50,168 bases of DNA, taken from NCBI GenBank assembly GCA_017958565.1, contig JAGDCJ010000039.1, positions 1 to 50,168 of the forward strand, given 5' to 3'. Position 1 is the stretch's first letter. The number at the start of each line of letters is the position of its first letter. Under the pieces are notes generated by a model. That model had not been told where the DNA came from. It did no database searches and saw only the letters and a program-made list of their open reading frames with translations. Position numbers and translations under genes: made by a program. Source of the DNA: Opitutales bacterium (GTDB taxonomy: Bacteria; Verrucomicrobiota; Verrucomicrobiia; Opitutales; UBA9783). This document shows, one piece after another, positions 1 through 10,249 of this stretch.

Positions 1-156
1 GGAACGGAACCTAAAATCAAGTTTTACCTATTCGGTGAAGCGCCTGTCAAACGCAGCGATGATTTGGAAAAAATCAAACAAGAAACCAAGAAACGTATCC
101 ATGCCTTGAAAAAATGGGTTCAAGCCGATGTAGAAAAACGAATCCAATCATTGTAA
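1..156 (+). CDS. 3' end of a phosphoglucomutase/phosphomannomutase-family gene (partial; start lies left of the window)
   Basis: Frame 1 is open from nt 1 to TAA at 154-156. The translation GTEPKIKFYLFGE... matches the conserved C-terminal GTEPxIxxY motif of alpha-D-phosphohexomutases. It is adjacent to pgi and glgP. Confidence 0.6.
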   Translation, partial: GTEPKIKFYLFGEAPVKRSDDLEKIKQETKKRIHALKKWVQADVEKRIQSL

Positions 157-227
157 AAATTTTTATATGTTCAACAAAAAACGTTGCAACTCAGCCTCCG
201 CCGGTCGTTGGGCCCTAATTCTCTTTT

Positions 228-1814
228 ATGACGTGGGAAACTTTTCAATCGTATTTTCTTGATTTATCACCGCTTCCTTTATCGCTGGATACCAGCAAGG
301 TGTTTTTTCAATGCTCGTTTTTCGAATCCATGCAGCCGAAAATTGCGCAAGCGCTTGCCCAGATGGCTGATCTTGAAGCTGGCAGTATCGCCAACCCTGA
401 TGAACATCGACAGGTAGGGCATTATTGGTTACGCAACTTTAACTTAGCGCCTAACGAACCGATTCGTCGCTTGCTACAAGAAAACAAACAAAAACGAAAA
501 ACATTCGTACAATCCATTCGCAACGGTACGATCCAAAGCCCGCAGGGCCCCTTCCAAAACCTTCTTTGTATTGGCATCGGCGGATCCGCTTTAGGTCCTC
601 AATTACTCACCGACGCACTGGTCGATGGAGCCAATGGACTCCAAACCTTTTTCTTGGATAACACCGATCCTGATGGAGTTGCTCGCCTTCGAAACCGTCT
701 CGATCCTCATTGGGACCGTACCCTTGTACTTGTCACCTCAAAATCCGGAAGTACACCAGAGCCACGCAACGGATTAATGGAAATTCGCGCCATTTTTCAA
801 GAACAACGATTGCATTTTCCTTCACACGCCGTAGCGATTACGTGCGAAGGAAGTCCATTGGATGAGGTCGCAAAAGGCGAACATTGGTTAGCTTCGTTCC
901 CCATGTGGGATTGGGTTGGTGGACGTACAAGCCTCTTGAGCCATGTCGGATTACTTCCAGCAGCCTTGCAGGGAATCGACACGGATGCTCTTCTCCAAGG
1001 AGCCGCGGCGATGGATACCCTTACGCGCCGAACCTATACATTTCAAAACCCCGCCTTGATGATGGCACTTGCGTGGTATGCCGGCACGGACGGCTGCGGG
1101 AAACGGAATTTGGTCTTTTTACCCTACAAAGACACGCTATCACTTTTCCCAAAATACCTGCAGCAACTGATCATGGAATCGCTGGGGAAAAAAGAGGATG
1201 TATCCGGGCGTATCGTACACCAAGGCTTAACGGTTTACGGGAATAAGGGTTCGACGGACCAACATGCGTATGTACAACAGCTGCGCGATGGATTAAACGA
1301 CGCATTGGTTACATTTCTGGAAGTACAAGCGGCAACCCATCCTTCGTCCGTTCACGTTGAATCGGACCTCACGAGCAACGATTTTTTGGAAGGATTTTTC
1401 TTGGGAACCCGAGCAGCGTTGACAGAAGTGCAACGACCCTCCATCACCATCACCCTATCCCAAGTAAATGCGTACACGCTGGGTGCCTTGGTTGCTTTAT
1501 TCGAGCGCACAGTAGGTTTTTACGCAACCTTCATCGGCGTCAATGCGTACCATCAACCGGGAGTGGAAGCAGGGAAAAAAGCTGCTCAACGATACTTGCA
1601 CCTTCAACAACAGTTACTGACTTATCTGCGTACCCACCGCGAACAATCGTTCACTGCAGAAGACTTAGCGCATGCATTGCTCCTGCCAGAACAAACAGAA
1701 GAAATTTTCAAACTTTTGGAATATTTAACCGCCAATCAACGCTTAACGCGAAACAACGCTTCCTCCTTGACGCAACGCACGTATCAAATACACTGTGAAG
1801 GCGATGTGGCTTAA
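228..1814 (+). CDS. pgi: glucose-6-phosphate isomerase
   Basis: 528-aa ORF with an ATG start. PGI-family motifs are present (GIGGSALGP, SKSGSTPE, GGRTSLLS, QHAYVQQL). Confidence 0.9.
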   Translation: MTWETFQSYFLDLSPLPLSLDTSKVFFQCSFFESMQPKIAQALAQMADLEAGSIANPDEHRQVGHYWLRNFNLAPNEPIRRLLQENKQKRKTFVQSIRNGTIQSPQGPFQNLLCIGIGGSALGPQLLTDALVDGANGLQTFFLDNTDPDGVARLRNRLDPHWDRTLVLVTSKSGSTPEPRNGLMEIRAIFQEQRLHFPSHAVAITCEGSPLDEVAKGEHWLASFPMWDWVGGRTSLLSHVGLLPAALQGIDTDALLQGAAAMDTLTRRTYTFQNPALMMALAWYAGTDGCGKRNLVFLPYKDTLSLFPKYLQQLIMESLGKKEDVSGRIVHQGLTVYGNKGSTDQHAYVQQLRDGLNDALVTFLEVQAATHPSSVHVESDLTSNDFLEGFFLGTRAALTEVQRPSITITLSQVNAYTLGALVALFERTVGFYATFIGVNAYHQPGVEAGKKAAQRYLHLQQQLLTYLRTHREQSFTAEDLAHALLLPEQTEEIFKLLEYLTANQRLTRNNASSLTQRTYQIHCEGDVA

Positions 1815-1851
1815 TCCCCCACCTTTCATGACCTGCAACGAACTATTTTAT

Positions 1852-2013
1852 ATGAAACGGCGAAAGAAATTCTTATTCCCTTGTTTTATTATTTTCTCTC
1901 TTCTGATGCTAGGAGGATGCGCAAATACCTCGAAATCTCTTGATCAATCTTGCTTGCCATGGGGAAAGCCAGCGGATTGGGAGACGCAAATGCCTGGGAT
2001 TCCGCTTTCCTAG
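1852..2013 (+). CDS. small lipoprotein (hypothetical)
   Basis: Internal ATG at 1852 of ORF 1795-2013 gives MKRRKKFLFPCFIIFSLLMLGGC, a basic n-region plus hydrophobic core plus lipobox L-G-G-C. It fills the pgi-xth gap. Confidence 0.45.
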   Translation: MKRRKKFLFPCFIIFSLLMLGGCANTSKSLDQSCLPWGKPADWETQMPGIPLS

Positions 2014-2014
2014 G

Positions 2015-2791
2015 ATGTTAAAGATTATCACATGGAACATCAATGGGCTTCGGTCGATTCTGCGAAAAAATTTTCATTCATTCGTCGCGGAACATCAACC
2101 GGACATCTTATGCCTACAAGAAACACGCGTAGATGAAAAAAGCTGCCCCGTCATAGAAGGGTTTTCTCACACGTTCTTTCATCATTGTACCTGCAAAAAG
2201 GGCTATTCGGGAACGGCCATTTTTTCACAAATTTCCCCTTTGGGGGTACGCTACCTTGATGTCGATGCGGAACATCCGGAAGGACGTATTATCGTCGCAG
2301 AATTTCCTCGTTTTTTTCTTATTAACACCTATGTTCCTAATTCGCAAAACGATTTACGACGCCTCTCGTACCGTATACACATCTGGGATACCGCGATCCG
2401 CTCTTTCTTGAAACGGTTAGAAGCAACCAAACCGATCCTTTGGTGTGGTGATCTCAACGTAGCGCATCAGCCGATCGATTTGTTCGATCCTCAACACAAC
2501 CATGAAAATGCAGGGTTCACTGATGAAGAACGACAATCTTTTTCGGAGCATCTAAAAGCTGGCTTCGTCGATGTGTTTCGACATTTCCATCCTCAACAGC
2601 CGAAATGTTATACTTGGTGGTCTTATCGCATGCACGCGCGCGAGCGGAACATCGGTTGGCGGATTGATTATTTTTTATCCTCTCCTCCCTTGCTACCCTT
2701 CCTCTCTTCCTGCAAAATTCTTTCTCAGGTCAACGGCTCGGATCATGCACCGGTCGAAGTGATATTGAAAGAAACATCACCTAAATCGTAA
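2015..2791 (+). CDS. xth: exodeoxyribonuclease III (AP endonuclease, EEP family)
   Basis: ATG at 2015 gives MLKIITWNINGLRS..., followed by LCLQETR, WCGDLNVAH and SDHAP motifs typical of ExoIII/Xth. The upstream part of ORF 1940-2791 overlaps the lipoprotein ORF and is probably not translated. Confidence 0.9.
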   Translation: MLKIITWNINGLRSILRKNFHSFVAEHQPDILCLQETRVDEKSCPVIEGFSHTFFHHCTCKKGYSGTAIFSQISPLGVRYLDVDAEHPEGRIIVAEFPRFFLINTYVPNSQNDLRRLSYRIHIWDTAIRSFLKRLEATKPILWCGDLNVAHQPIDLFDPQHNHENAGFTDEERQSFSEHLKAGFVDVFRHFHPQQPKCYTWWSYRMHARERNIGWRIDYFLSSPPLLPFLSSCKILSQVNGSDHAPVEVILKETSPKS

Positions 2792-2862
2792 CAGTTCTCT
2801 TTTATATAAAAAGAAACAAGCAGGGCCACCAAGCGCCTTTTTTAAAAAATCCGCTAAAATCC

Positions 2863-5301
2863 TTATAATTTCCAAATTTCCCGCACGTATTCTCGAATCG
2901 TTCGGTCGCTAGAAAAATAGCCCAAACGCGCCGTATTGAGCAACGCTTTCTGCGTCCATGAACGTGTTTGTTGATAACAACGTTCACAGAGCTGTTGTTG
3001 TTCGCAGTACGAACGAAAATCCGCCAAGACAAAAAATGGATCGCTTTCTAACAAATTTTTGCGAATCATGCGAAGGGGAAAATGCCCATGATCTTCAAAA
3101 CAATCCGCATCCATCCAATCCAGCAAGATTTTTAGCTCCGGATCGTTTTGATACCAATCATACGGATGATAACCGGATTGCTGCAAGGTTTCCAATTCTT
3201 CCACGGTATGACCAAAAATAAACATATTTTCCGCACCAACCTGCTCCAACATTTCTACATTCGCACCATCAAGCGTCCCAATGGTACAGGCACCATTCAG
3301 CCCTAGCTTCATATTTCCTGTCCCCGAAGCTTCTTTGCCAGCCGTTGAAATTTGCTCCGAAAGATTGGCAGCCGGAATGATTTGCTCTGCCAATGATACG
3401 CTATAATTGGGCAAAAAAATGATTTTCAGCGCTCCTTGGATGCGAGCATCCTGATTCACATGTTGCGCCACAACATGAATTGCATGAATCATTTCTTTTG
3501 CAAAAACGTACTCCGGCGCAGCCTTTCCGGCAAATAAAATCACGCGCGGGACCACCGGAGCTACACCATGCAACAAATCGAAGTACTTTTTTAAGCCATG
3601 CAGTAAGTTTAAATGCTGCCGTTTGTACTCATGAATCCGCTTGATTTGCACATCAAAAAGCGCCTTGGGGTCGATAGAAATTCCTAAAGAAGATTGAACA
3701 TATCGCGCAAAATCCTCCTTATTGGCTTGTTTCACCGATGCATATTCATTTAAAAAGGTGTCATCCTCCACGTACCTTTCTAAGGGTTGCAATTGCTCAA
3801 GATGGGTCAACCAACGATCATGCCCTAACCGTTTCGTAATGAGGTGGGTTAATCGAGGATTGGCAGATTGTAACCACCGCCTTGGGGTAATTCCGTTGGT
3901 CTTATTGTTAAATTTCTTTGGATAGAGCGTATGAAAGTTCGGGAAAAGGCGACTTTTTAACAGTTGCGTATGCAATTGCGCAACCCCATTGACGGAAAAA
4001 CTGCCCACAATCGATAAATACGACATGCGGATATATTGCGGATCTCCTTCTTCGATCAATGATAATTCTCGCTTTTTATCATTATCTCCTGGCCATTGTG
4101 CCTCCACTTCATGATCTAAAAACCACTGATTGATTTCAAAAATCAACTGCAAGTGCCGCGGTAAAAGAAGGCGCATCATCGGAACGCTCCAACGCTCTAA
4201 TGCTTCCGGCAATAAGGTATGATTGGTGTAGGCAAACACGGATCGGCAAAGTTTCCATGCGGATTTCCATGAAAAACCTTCTTGATCGATCAATAATCGC
4301 ATCAATTCCGGAATCGCAATCGACGGATGCGTATCATTGAGCTGAATCACGACCTTTTTAGGAAACTCATCAAACGTTTGATGATTCGCTTTGTACCGAC
4401 GAAGGATATCTTGTAAAGAACAGGAGGCAAAAAAATACTGCTGGATTAAACGCAACTTTTTTCCGTTTTCCAATTTTGCATTCGGGTAAAGAATTTTGGA
4501 AACCGTCTCACTGTACGCTTTTTCACGCACGGATTGAATATACCCACCTTCATTGAATTTTTTTAGATTGAATTCTTGCGAAGCGCGCGCTTGCCATAAA
4601 CGTAAGAAATTGACCGTTTTCCCTCGATAACCGACGACCGGGATATCCCAGGGAACCCCTAAGAGGGTATCTGCATCCACCCAACAGGATTTTAGATCCC
4701 CTGTATCGGTACAAATGGTTTCGACATGTCCACCGACCTGAACCATTTCCGTCCGGCTGGGACGAATAAAACACCATGGATTCCCAAAGCGCAACCAATG
4801 ATCCGGCAACTCCTCTTGCTGATGGTTCGTAATCGCTTGCCGAAAAAGGCCAAATTCGTACAAAATTCCGTACCCAATCGCCGGATAGTCTAAGGTCGCT
4901 AAAGAATCCATGAAACAAGCTGCTAATCGTCCTAAACCACCGTTTCCCAACCCCATATCATCTTCTTCCAAACGCAATTGATCATAATCTTGTCCCAACT
5001 CCTGTAAGGCAGCGCGGAAGGTACTCTGTAACAACAAATTATCCAAATTGGTATGGAGCATCCTTCCCATAAGATATTCGAGTGAAAAATAATAAACGCG
5101 CTTCTCATCCTTTTCGACCTGTTCTTCTTGGCTCTCGGTTAACCGTTGCAGTAAATAATCCCGAACGGCATAACAACTAGCAAGCCACCAATCGTGAAGG
5201 GTTGCATCGGTTTCATTTCGCGCAATCGTTTGGTGCAAATGGCGCACAATTGCCTCTTTAAGGGTATTTTTTGTAAGCACGGAAGAAGCAACATCTTTCA
5301 T
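2863..5301 (-). CDS. glgP: glycogen/maltodextrin phosphorylase
   Basis: 812-aa ORF with an ATG start. GT35 phosphorylase hallmarks are present (EEDDMGLGNGGLGRLAACF, NDTHP, and EASGTGNMKLGLNG with the PLP lysine region). Confidence 0.92.
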   Translation of the reverse strand: MKDVASSVLTKNTLKEAIVRHLHQTIARNETDATLHDWWLASCYAVRDYLLQRLTESQEEQVEKDEKRVYYFSLEYLMGRMLHTNLDNLLLQSTFRAALQELGQDYDQLRLEEDDMGLGNGGLGRLAACFMDSLATLDYPAIGYGILYEFGLFRQAITNHQQEELPDHWLRFGNPWCFIRPSRTEMVQVGGHVETICTDTGDLKSCWVDADTLLGVPWDIPVVGYRGKTVNFLRLWQARASQEFNLKKFNEGGYIQSVREKAYSETVSKILYPNAKLENGKKLRLIQQYFFASCSLQDILRRYKANHQTFDEFPKKVVIQLNDTHPSIAIPELMRLLIDQEGFSWKSAWKLCRSVFAYTNHTLLPEALERWSVPMMRLLLPRHLQLIFEINQWFLDHEVEAQWPGDNDKKRELSLIEEGDPQYIRMSYLSIVGSFSVNGVAQLHTQLLKSRLFPNFHTLYPKKFNNKTNGITPRRWLQSANPRLTHLITKRLGHDRWLTHLEQLQPLERYVEDDTFLNEYASVKQANKEDFARYVQSSLGISIDPKALFDVQIKRIHEYKRQHLNLLHGLKKYFDLLHGVAPVVPRVILFAGKAAPEYVFAKEMIHAIHVVAQHVNQDARIQGALKIIFLPNYSVSLAEQIIPAANLSEQISTAGKEASGTGNMKLGLNGACTIGTLDGANVEMLEQVGAENMFIFGHTVEELETLQQSGYHPYDWYQNDPELKILLDWMDADCFEDHGHFPLRMIRKNLLESDPFFVLADFRSYCEQQQLCERCYQQTRSWTQKALLNTARLGYFSSDRTIREYVREIWKL

Positions 5302-5327
5302 AAGAAGCGACCAACGTTAGTAGTAGT

Positions 5328-6788
5328 TTAATTGTTTTTTGAAAAAACCACAAGTTTTTCTTCTTGCCTGCCTGGTTGTGCGATGATCCAAGCAAATACA
5401 AACAAGCAAAAGCCAAAAATTCGAGGTGGCATGGAAACGTGAACCATCGCACCCGGCAGCCTTTCCAACATCTCGACACTGTTGAGAAGAAAAGAAAGAC
5501 TTATGCGTGAAAGCCATTCGATCACCGGGAAAAGAGGCGGTGCCAACAAGGAAATCAACCAAGAAATCATTCCCAAAACAACAATTCCACTTGCGAAAGG
5601 GATCAAAAATAAATTCGCCAGAAATGACCACGGGCTAAACAAATTCCAGTAGTAAATCGAAAACAAGCTACTCATAAGACTCGCCGCAAAAGAAACAATC
5701 AAGGTTAAACGCCAAGGAGATACCGGTTGTTTTTGACAACGCGCATACCATTGAGAAAGCGGAATTCCGATACACAAAATGCTCGCGACGGTCCCATACG
5801 ATAATTGAAAACCAACATCCCATAATGCAAACGGATTGCAAGCTAACGTAAGCCCAATGGTATTGAAAAAAGCATTGCGTCCATTGATGGGACGAGAAAA
5901 CAACTGTGCCAGAAGGACAAATCCAACCATCAACGAAGCTCGTACGGTAGAGGGGCTAAACCCAACCATGCTAGCATAAAGAAAAACGCCGCCGCACGTG
6001 AGAAGCCAGCGGAAGCAGGCAGGAAGGCATAGCAATCGTCCCACAAAAAAGAAAAAGGTGCTCACAATGCCTACGTGCAAACCACTCACCGCAAACAAAT
6101 GCATGGTCCCGGTATAAAAAAAATGCTTAATTTGTCGTTTGGTCAGCTCTTCTTTTTTCCCCATTAAAATCGCGCGATAAATACGAGACAAACGATCCTC
6201 TTTCGTCGTAAGCGCCGTAAAAAGGCTTTGCCGACAACGTTGTAGCCAATTTGGTGGCGATGGTTCCGGTACCAGTGACAAAGATACACGCGTTGTATGC
6301 CAACGAAGGAAGCGTGACCAAAGATAAAACGAAAAATTTTGCGAGCTTCGAAACGGATTGCGCAGTGGTTGTAGGTATCCGGAAAAACGATAAGGTTGGG
6401 TATCTTTCCAAACGATTGCCTCCGTAGATGGAGCATGGACATATAAAGGAATCGTTGTTCTATTAGCCAACGTTAACGTTCCGAAACCACCGACACGACC
6501 CGGCTGCGTACGAAACAATTTTTCAAATTGGAAAACACCTCGTTGGTAACATCCATGCTTCGGAAGATAAGTACATGTATGGATCATCCAAGCCGCAATA
6601 CCCAAACTGCACAATTGGGGAACCCAAAAAGACTTTGCAGAAAGGCGTGTACACGTACCGCGTAAAAATAACCCATAACATCCGAAGTACAGCGCCCAAT
6701 CGAGATAGGAACGCGGCGCTAAAATCCCTTGTGCTCCGATCAGCGTAAAGGCGCAAATAAAACCAAACCTTCCAAATGGGTAACGCAC
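5328..6788 (-). CDS. ComEC/Rec2-family membrane protein (competence domain only, no beta-lactamase-fold domain)
   Basis: Polytopic membrane ORF with the ComEC motif TGTMHLFAVSGLHVGIV. The longest ORF starts at ATG 6887 but would overlap ribF by 98 nt. A GTG at 6788 lies 1 nt after the ribF stop, so the start is uncertain. Confidence 0.7.
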   Translation of the reverse strand: MRYPFGRFGFICAFTLIGAQGILAPRSYLDWALYFGCYGLFLRGTCTRLSAKSFWVPQLCSLGIAAWMIHTCTYLPKHGCYQRGVFQFEKLFRTQPGRVGGFGTLTLANRTTIPLYVHAPSTEAIVWKDTQPYRFSGYLQPLRNPFRSSQNFSFYLWSRFLRWHTTRVSLSLVPEPSPPNWLQRCRQSLFTALTTKEDRLSRIYRAILMGKKEELTKRQIKHFFYTGTMHLFAVSGLHVGIVSTFFFFVGRLLCLPACFRWLLTCGGVFLYASMVGFSPSTVRASLMVGFVLLAQLFSRPINGRNAFFNTIGLTLACNPFALWDVGFQLSYGTVASILCIGIPLSQWYARCQKQPVSPWRLTLIVSFAASLMSSLFSIYYWNLFSPWSFLANLFLIPFASGIVVLGMISWLISLLAPPLFPVIEWLSRISLSFLLNSVEMLERLPGAMVHVSMPPRIFGFCLFVFAWIIAQPGRQEEKLVVFSKNN

Positions 6789-6789
6789 G

Positions 6790-7536
6790 TTAACAATCGT
6801 GTTCGAAAAACAATCGGCAAGCACCCGGTAACGGTGCCGTTTTGCGATCTTTAAAAAACCGAATGCGCCCCTGCGAAACCTGTGCATTCAGCAACTGAGA
6901 TCCGCGTCGATTCTGCAAGCGACAAGCATAGGTCCCGTCTTTTACAATACATTCCTGGTGAATGGAGAAAAAAGAACCTCGATCCATTCCAATACAGTGA
7001 TAGGGTTGACCAAACAGGTGATTCGCAATGGAAATTGGTTGCTGCCGCAGCGCTTGCCGAATACGCGTGCTGCTAATTTTTTCTCCTTGTTCATAAAGCG
7101 TCGGACAAACGAACAACGAACCATGATGAGAGGCACAAAGCGCTTGAAGCGTAGCCGTATCTCCACAGCGATGGGCCCCAAAATGAAAATCTTCCCCTAC
7201 GTACAATGCGGTCAAGGATGGAAAAATTTGCCGCAATTTTTTCAAAAATTCCTCCGGTGTTTGGCTCGCCAACGTAGCATCAAACGGTTGCACCCAAACG
7301 ATTTCGCAACCGAACTGGTGCAACAACCATCGGCGCTGCGGAAGAGGATAAATCAAAGAAGGTGCACGGGAAGGGTGTAAAATTTGTTGAGGGTGCGGAT
7401 AAAAGGTACATACCGCGGACGCTTGCTGTAAGCGCCGCGCATTTTGAACAGCCTGGCGAAGCAATGCTTGGTGGCCACGATGTACTCCATCAAAAACACC
7501 GAGAGCAACATGAACCGGACGCAGCAGCGTTCCCAT
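6790..7536 (-). CDS. ribF: FAD synthetase (RibF family) with a short, degenerate riboflavin-kinase region
   Basis: The N-terminal motif GVFDGVHRGHQALL and ISSTRIR fit the FMN adenylyltransferase domain. The ORF is only 248 aa, and I could not see the PTAN-type kinase motif in the C-terminal ~85 aa. Confidence 0.75.
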   Translation of the reverse strand: MGTLLRPVHVALGVFDGVHRGHQALLRQAVQNARRLQQASAVCTFYPHPQQILHPSRAPSLIYPLPQRRWLLHQFGCEIVWVQPFDATLASQTPEEFLKKLRQIFPSLTALYVGEDFHFGAHRCGDTATLQALCASHHGSLFVCPTLYEQGEKISSTRIRQALRQQPISIANHLFGQPYHCIGMDRGSFFSIHQECIVKDGTYACRLQNRRGSQLLNAQVSQGRIRFFKDRKTAPLPGACRLFFEHDC

Positions 7537-7663
7537 AAAAAGACGGTAGCGATTTTACCGCTTTTTCTCAAGGGGAAAGTAGATTTTGTCGAAGGCTTCA
7601 AACAGCGTTCGATAGAAATGCAGCCAATATGGTCTCCATAAAATTTCCGAAGACGATAGGCTA

Positions 7664-8449
7664 TTAACTGATCGAATCAAAAGGAAGAAGCACTTGCGGA
7701 AGGAGGGAAGGGTTTTGCAACAACGTATCCAAGGCAATCGCTTGCGAAAGGGAAAACGAACCGCTCTGCGTGCGTCGCAAAGCAGCTAAATGCCCACTGC
7801 ATCCCAATCGGACCCCTACCTCATGCGCAAAAGAACGAACATAGGTCCCTTTAGAACAATGAATTCGAAAAGATACACGAGGTACTTCGTAACGCAATAA
7901 ATCGCACTGAAAAATGGTGATAAAATTCGGCTTCCTTTCCACAGATTGCCCCTTGCGCGCCAGCCGATAACAAGGAACTCCCTTGACTTTTTTCGCAGAA
8001 AAAATGGGCGGTTGCTGATATTGATCCCCCACAAACGTTTGAAAGGTTTTCTGAATTTGTTTTTCATCTATGCCCTCCACCGGTTGGGTAGCCACCACCG
8101 CCCCTTCTCGGTCATACGTATCGGTTTCGACTCCCAAATGAAGGACCCCCTCATACGTTTTTTCTCCGCACATCAACGCTTGCGAAGCTTTCGTTGCTTT
8201 TCCTAAAACGATCAATAATAATCCGGTCGCAAGCGGATCCAACGTACCGGCGTGCCCAATTTTTGAAAAACCAAAAACGTACTTCAATCGACGGATCACA
8301 TCAAACGAAGTACAACCGCATGGCTTATCGATCAGCAACAAACCATCCACCTCTGTACGCGCCGCTGCGCGCGTGAATGGAAAGGCAGAATGCACCCACG
8401 GTTTTGCAGGAAGAACGGAAGTTTCGAACGTTTGTTCCCGTTGATCCAT
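7664..8449 (-). CDS. truB: tRNA pseudouridine(55) synthase
   Basis: Contains GLLLIDKPCGCTSFDV and GHAGTLDPLATGLL (catalytic Asp). ATG 8449 has an AAGG about 10 nt upstream and avoids overlapping the upstream gene. The longer alternative starts at ATG 8470. Confidence 0.85.
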   Translation of the reverse strand: MDQREQTFETSVLPAKPWVHSAFPFTRAAARTEVDGLLLIDKPCGCTSFDVIRRLKYVFGFSKIGHAGTLDPLATGLLLIVLGKATKASQALMCGEKTYEGVLHLGVETDTYDREGAVVATQPVEGIDEKQIQKTFQTFVGDQYQQPPIFSAKKVKGVPCYRLARKGQSVERKPNFITIFQCDLLRYEVPRVSFRIHCSKGTYVRSFAHEVGVRLGCSGHLAALRRTQSGSFSLSQAIALDTLLQNPSLLPQVLLPFDSIS

Positions 8450-8453
8450 TTTT

Positions 8454-9422
8454 TCAAGCCTTCGATGCAATCGTCGCGGTCAATTGTTGCACCAAATCAT
8501 CGATGGAGAACTGGTTGGGTTCGCACTGAAACCCTGCTGCACAACGATGCCCAAATCCTCCCCAATGTTTCGCGACCGTATGAACTGGATACGCAGGATC
8601 GCACGAACGCAAACTTCCTTTGAGATAAGAAGTGTTTTTTTCAAGAAATGCTGCAACTTTTGCGGTTTTCAAAAGCAACAATTGATTCACAAAACCTTCT
8701 GTATCTTGGCGCGTTGCCCCTAATTGAGCGTAATCTGCTTCGGTTAAAAACGAAATCACCACTGCGCCTTCTGCATAAACCTGCACGCGACGTAAAAATA
8801 AGCTGTATAGTTGCCATTGCACCTGCGTTTTGTTTTTGTACAGCCGTTGGACTTGTTGATACGGTCGAACACCTGCGCGTGCCAATTGTTCCGCGTGAGC
8901 AAATGTAGCAGCCGTCGTATTTGTATTGGAAAAATTTCCGGTATCGCTCATCAATCCCAAATACAACGCTTCTTGAATCGCAGGGCAATCCATACGGTAA
9001 CCATTGGCTGTAAAGAAATCGAGCAACAGCTCGCACGTAGAAGATTGCTGCGGCTGAATAAGCCGAAAACTTCCCCAGCAAAGATTTTCAGGCTCTTCTG
9101 GATGATGATCGATCACCAATGTAAAAGGATACGACCGTACCGCTTCGGCAACACGCGTCGGATTTCCAGCATCTACAGCCACCCAATGAGCTTGTCGAGA
9201 AAACTCAGAAAGCGATTGCGTAGGAACATTTTGGAAAAATGGCCGAAAGGTTTCCGAAAGATCATCGGTTAAAAAAGCAAATGCGGGTACCTGTAAATGC
9301 CGAAGATAAAGGGTCAGAGCAACCTGACTGCCAACCGCATCACCATCCGGCCTCTCATGCGTAACGATATAAATGGGTTGCGAATCTTTCCACAAAGCAA
9401 GAATGGAAGAAAGAGCCAACAT
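8454..9422 (-). CDS. DHH/DHHA1 phosphoesterase (NrnA-like oligoribonuclease/pAp phosphatase)
   Basis: Motifs HERPDGDAVGS, VIDHH and GGFGHRCAAG are present. The ORF-track start at 9497 is a TTG. ATG 9422 (MLALSSIL...) gives the usual N-terminus. Confidence 0.8.
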   Translation of the reverse strand: MLALSSILALWKDSQPIYIVTHERPDGDAVGSQVALTLYLRHLQVPAFAFLTDDLSETFRPFFQNVPTQSLSEFSRQAHWVAVDAGNPTRVAEAVRSYPFTLVIDHHPEEPENLCWGSFRLIQPQQSSTCELLLDFFTANGYRMDCPAIQEALYLGLMSDTGNFSNTNTTAATFAHAEQLARAGVRPYQQVQRLYKNKTQVQWQLYSLFLRRVQVYAEGAVVISFLTEADYAQLGATRQDTEGFVNQLLLLKTAKVAAFLEKNTSYLKGSLRSCDPAYPVHTVAKHWGGFGHRCAAGFQCEPNQFSIDDLVQQLTATIASKA

Positions 9423-9531
9423 GGACTTATTAAAACAGCCGTTCTTGCACGATCGCAAGAAGTTTTCGGTTCGCCCTTCGATAAAAATGGTTACCAATTG
9501 CTTGCGTCAACTCTTGCAAACGAAAGAAATT

Positions 9532-10236
9532 TCACCCTTTTCGACCTTGATTTTCAATACACTCTGCCGCCAACACACTGTTGGGAATGATCAAATAAGA
9601 GTTTTGCTCGGTACGTAAGCGCGTGGAACGAATTCCGATTGAAATAACTTGCCCCGCAATATTCGCTTTCGGCAGCACGATCCAATCCCCTTCTCGAAAA
9701 GGCCGGTCAAGAACAATGGATAAAGCTGACCAGCCATCCGCAAGCGTTTTTTGTGCAGCAAAGGCAATCGCGGCCCCACCGACCCCTAAGGTTGTAAACA
9801 CCCCATTGAGCGAATAACCCAAATTGCTCATAGCAGTTAAAATTCCAAGGCATCCTGTACCCAACCGTACCCATTTTCGAAAAACGCCCATCGATGCTTC
9901 TTCACCCTGGAAACGCCGTTTCCAACCGATACGAAGGATCAACACGAAAAATTCTCCCAATAAAAGGCAAAAAACAAAACAAGCGACCGCTTTGCTCACC
10001 AGAAGCAAGGGTTCCAAGGACAACAATTTGGCCAAAATTCCTAATAACCAAACACACCACAACCCATACAATTGGAACCGAAGCGAACGAATCTGTGGAT
10101 CGGTCGCCATAGCTGTAAGCCCTTGCAAACGTTTCTGCAGCTTTGCGATGCTTTTCACAATCCAAACATGCAACGCAATAAAAAAGAAAAAATAGAGAAT
10201 TCCGCGCAAAAAACTCAAACCGACAGGATGTATCAT
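9532..10236 (-). CDS. mechanosensitive ion channel (MscS family), short form
   Basis: Several TM helices are followed by GVGGAAIAFAAQKTLAD...PFREGDWI...IPNS, the MscS pore-helix/beta-domain signature. At 234 aa it ends soon after the beta domain. Confidence 0.78.
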   Translation of the reverse strand: MIHPVGLSFLRGILYFFFFIALHVWIVKSIAKLQKRLQGLTAMATDPQIRSLRFQLYGLWCVWLLGILAKLLSLEPLLLVSKAVACFVFCLLLGEFFVLILRIGWKRRFQGEEASMGVFRKWVRLGTGCLGILTAMSNLGYSLNGVFTTLGVGGAAIAFAAQKTLADGWSALSIVLDRPFREGDWIVLPKANIAGQVISIGIRSTRLRTEQNSYLIIPNSVLAAECIENQGRKG

Positions 10237-10249
10237 AGGGGTTTTTTCA

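Noticed and set aside
4550-4918. Off-frame ORFs inside glgP (this one and 4692-4877, both same-strand; 2958-3221 and 3722-3925 antisense). Similar shadow ORFs lie inside pgi (884-1246), ComEC (6127-6442), hppA (31768-32256, 32821-33054) and elsewhere.
   Set aside because: All lie within long ORFs that carry strong family motifs. They are typical same-locus shadow frames with no independent evidence.
6789-6887. Longest ComEC ORF starting at ATG 6887.
   Set aside because: It would overlap the 3' end of ribF by 98 nt in another frame. A GTG at 6788, directly after the ribF stop, is more parsimonious, though the start remains unverified.
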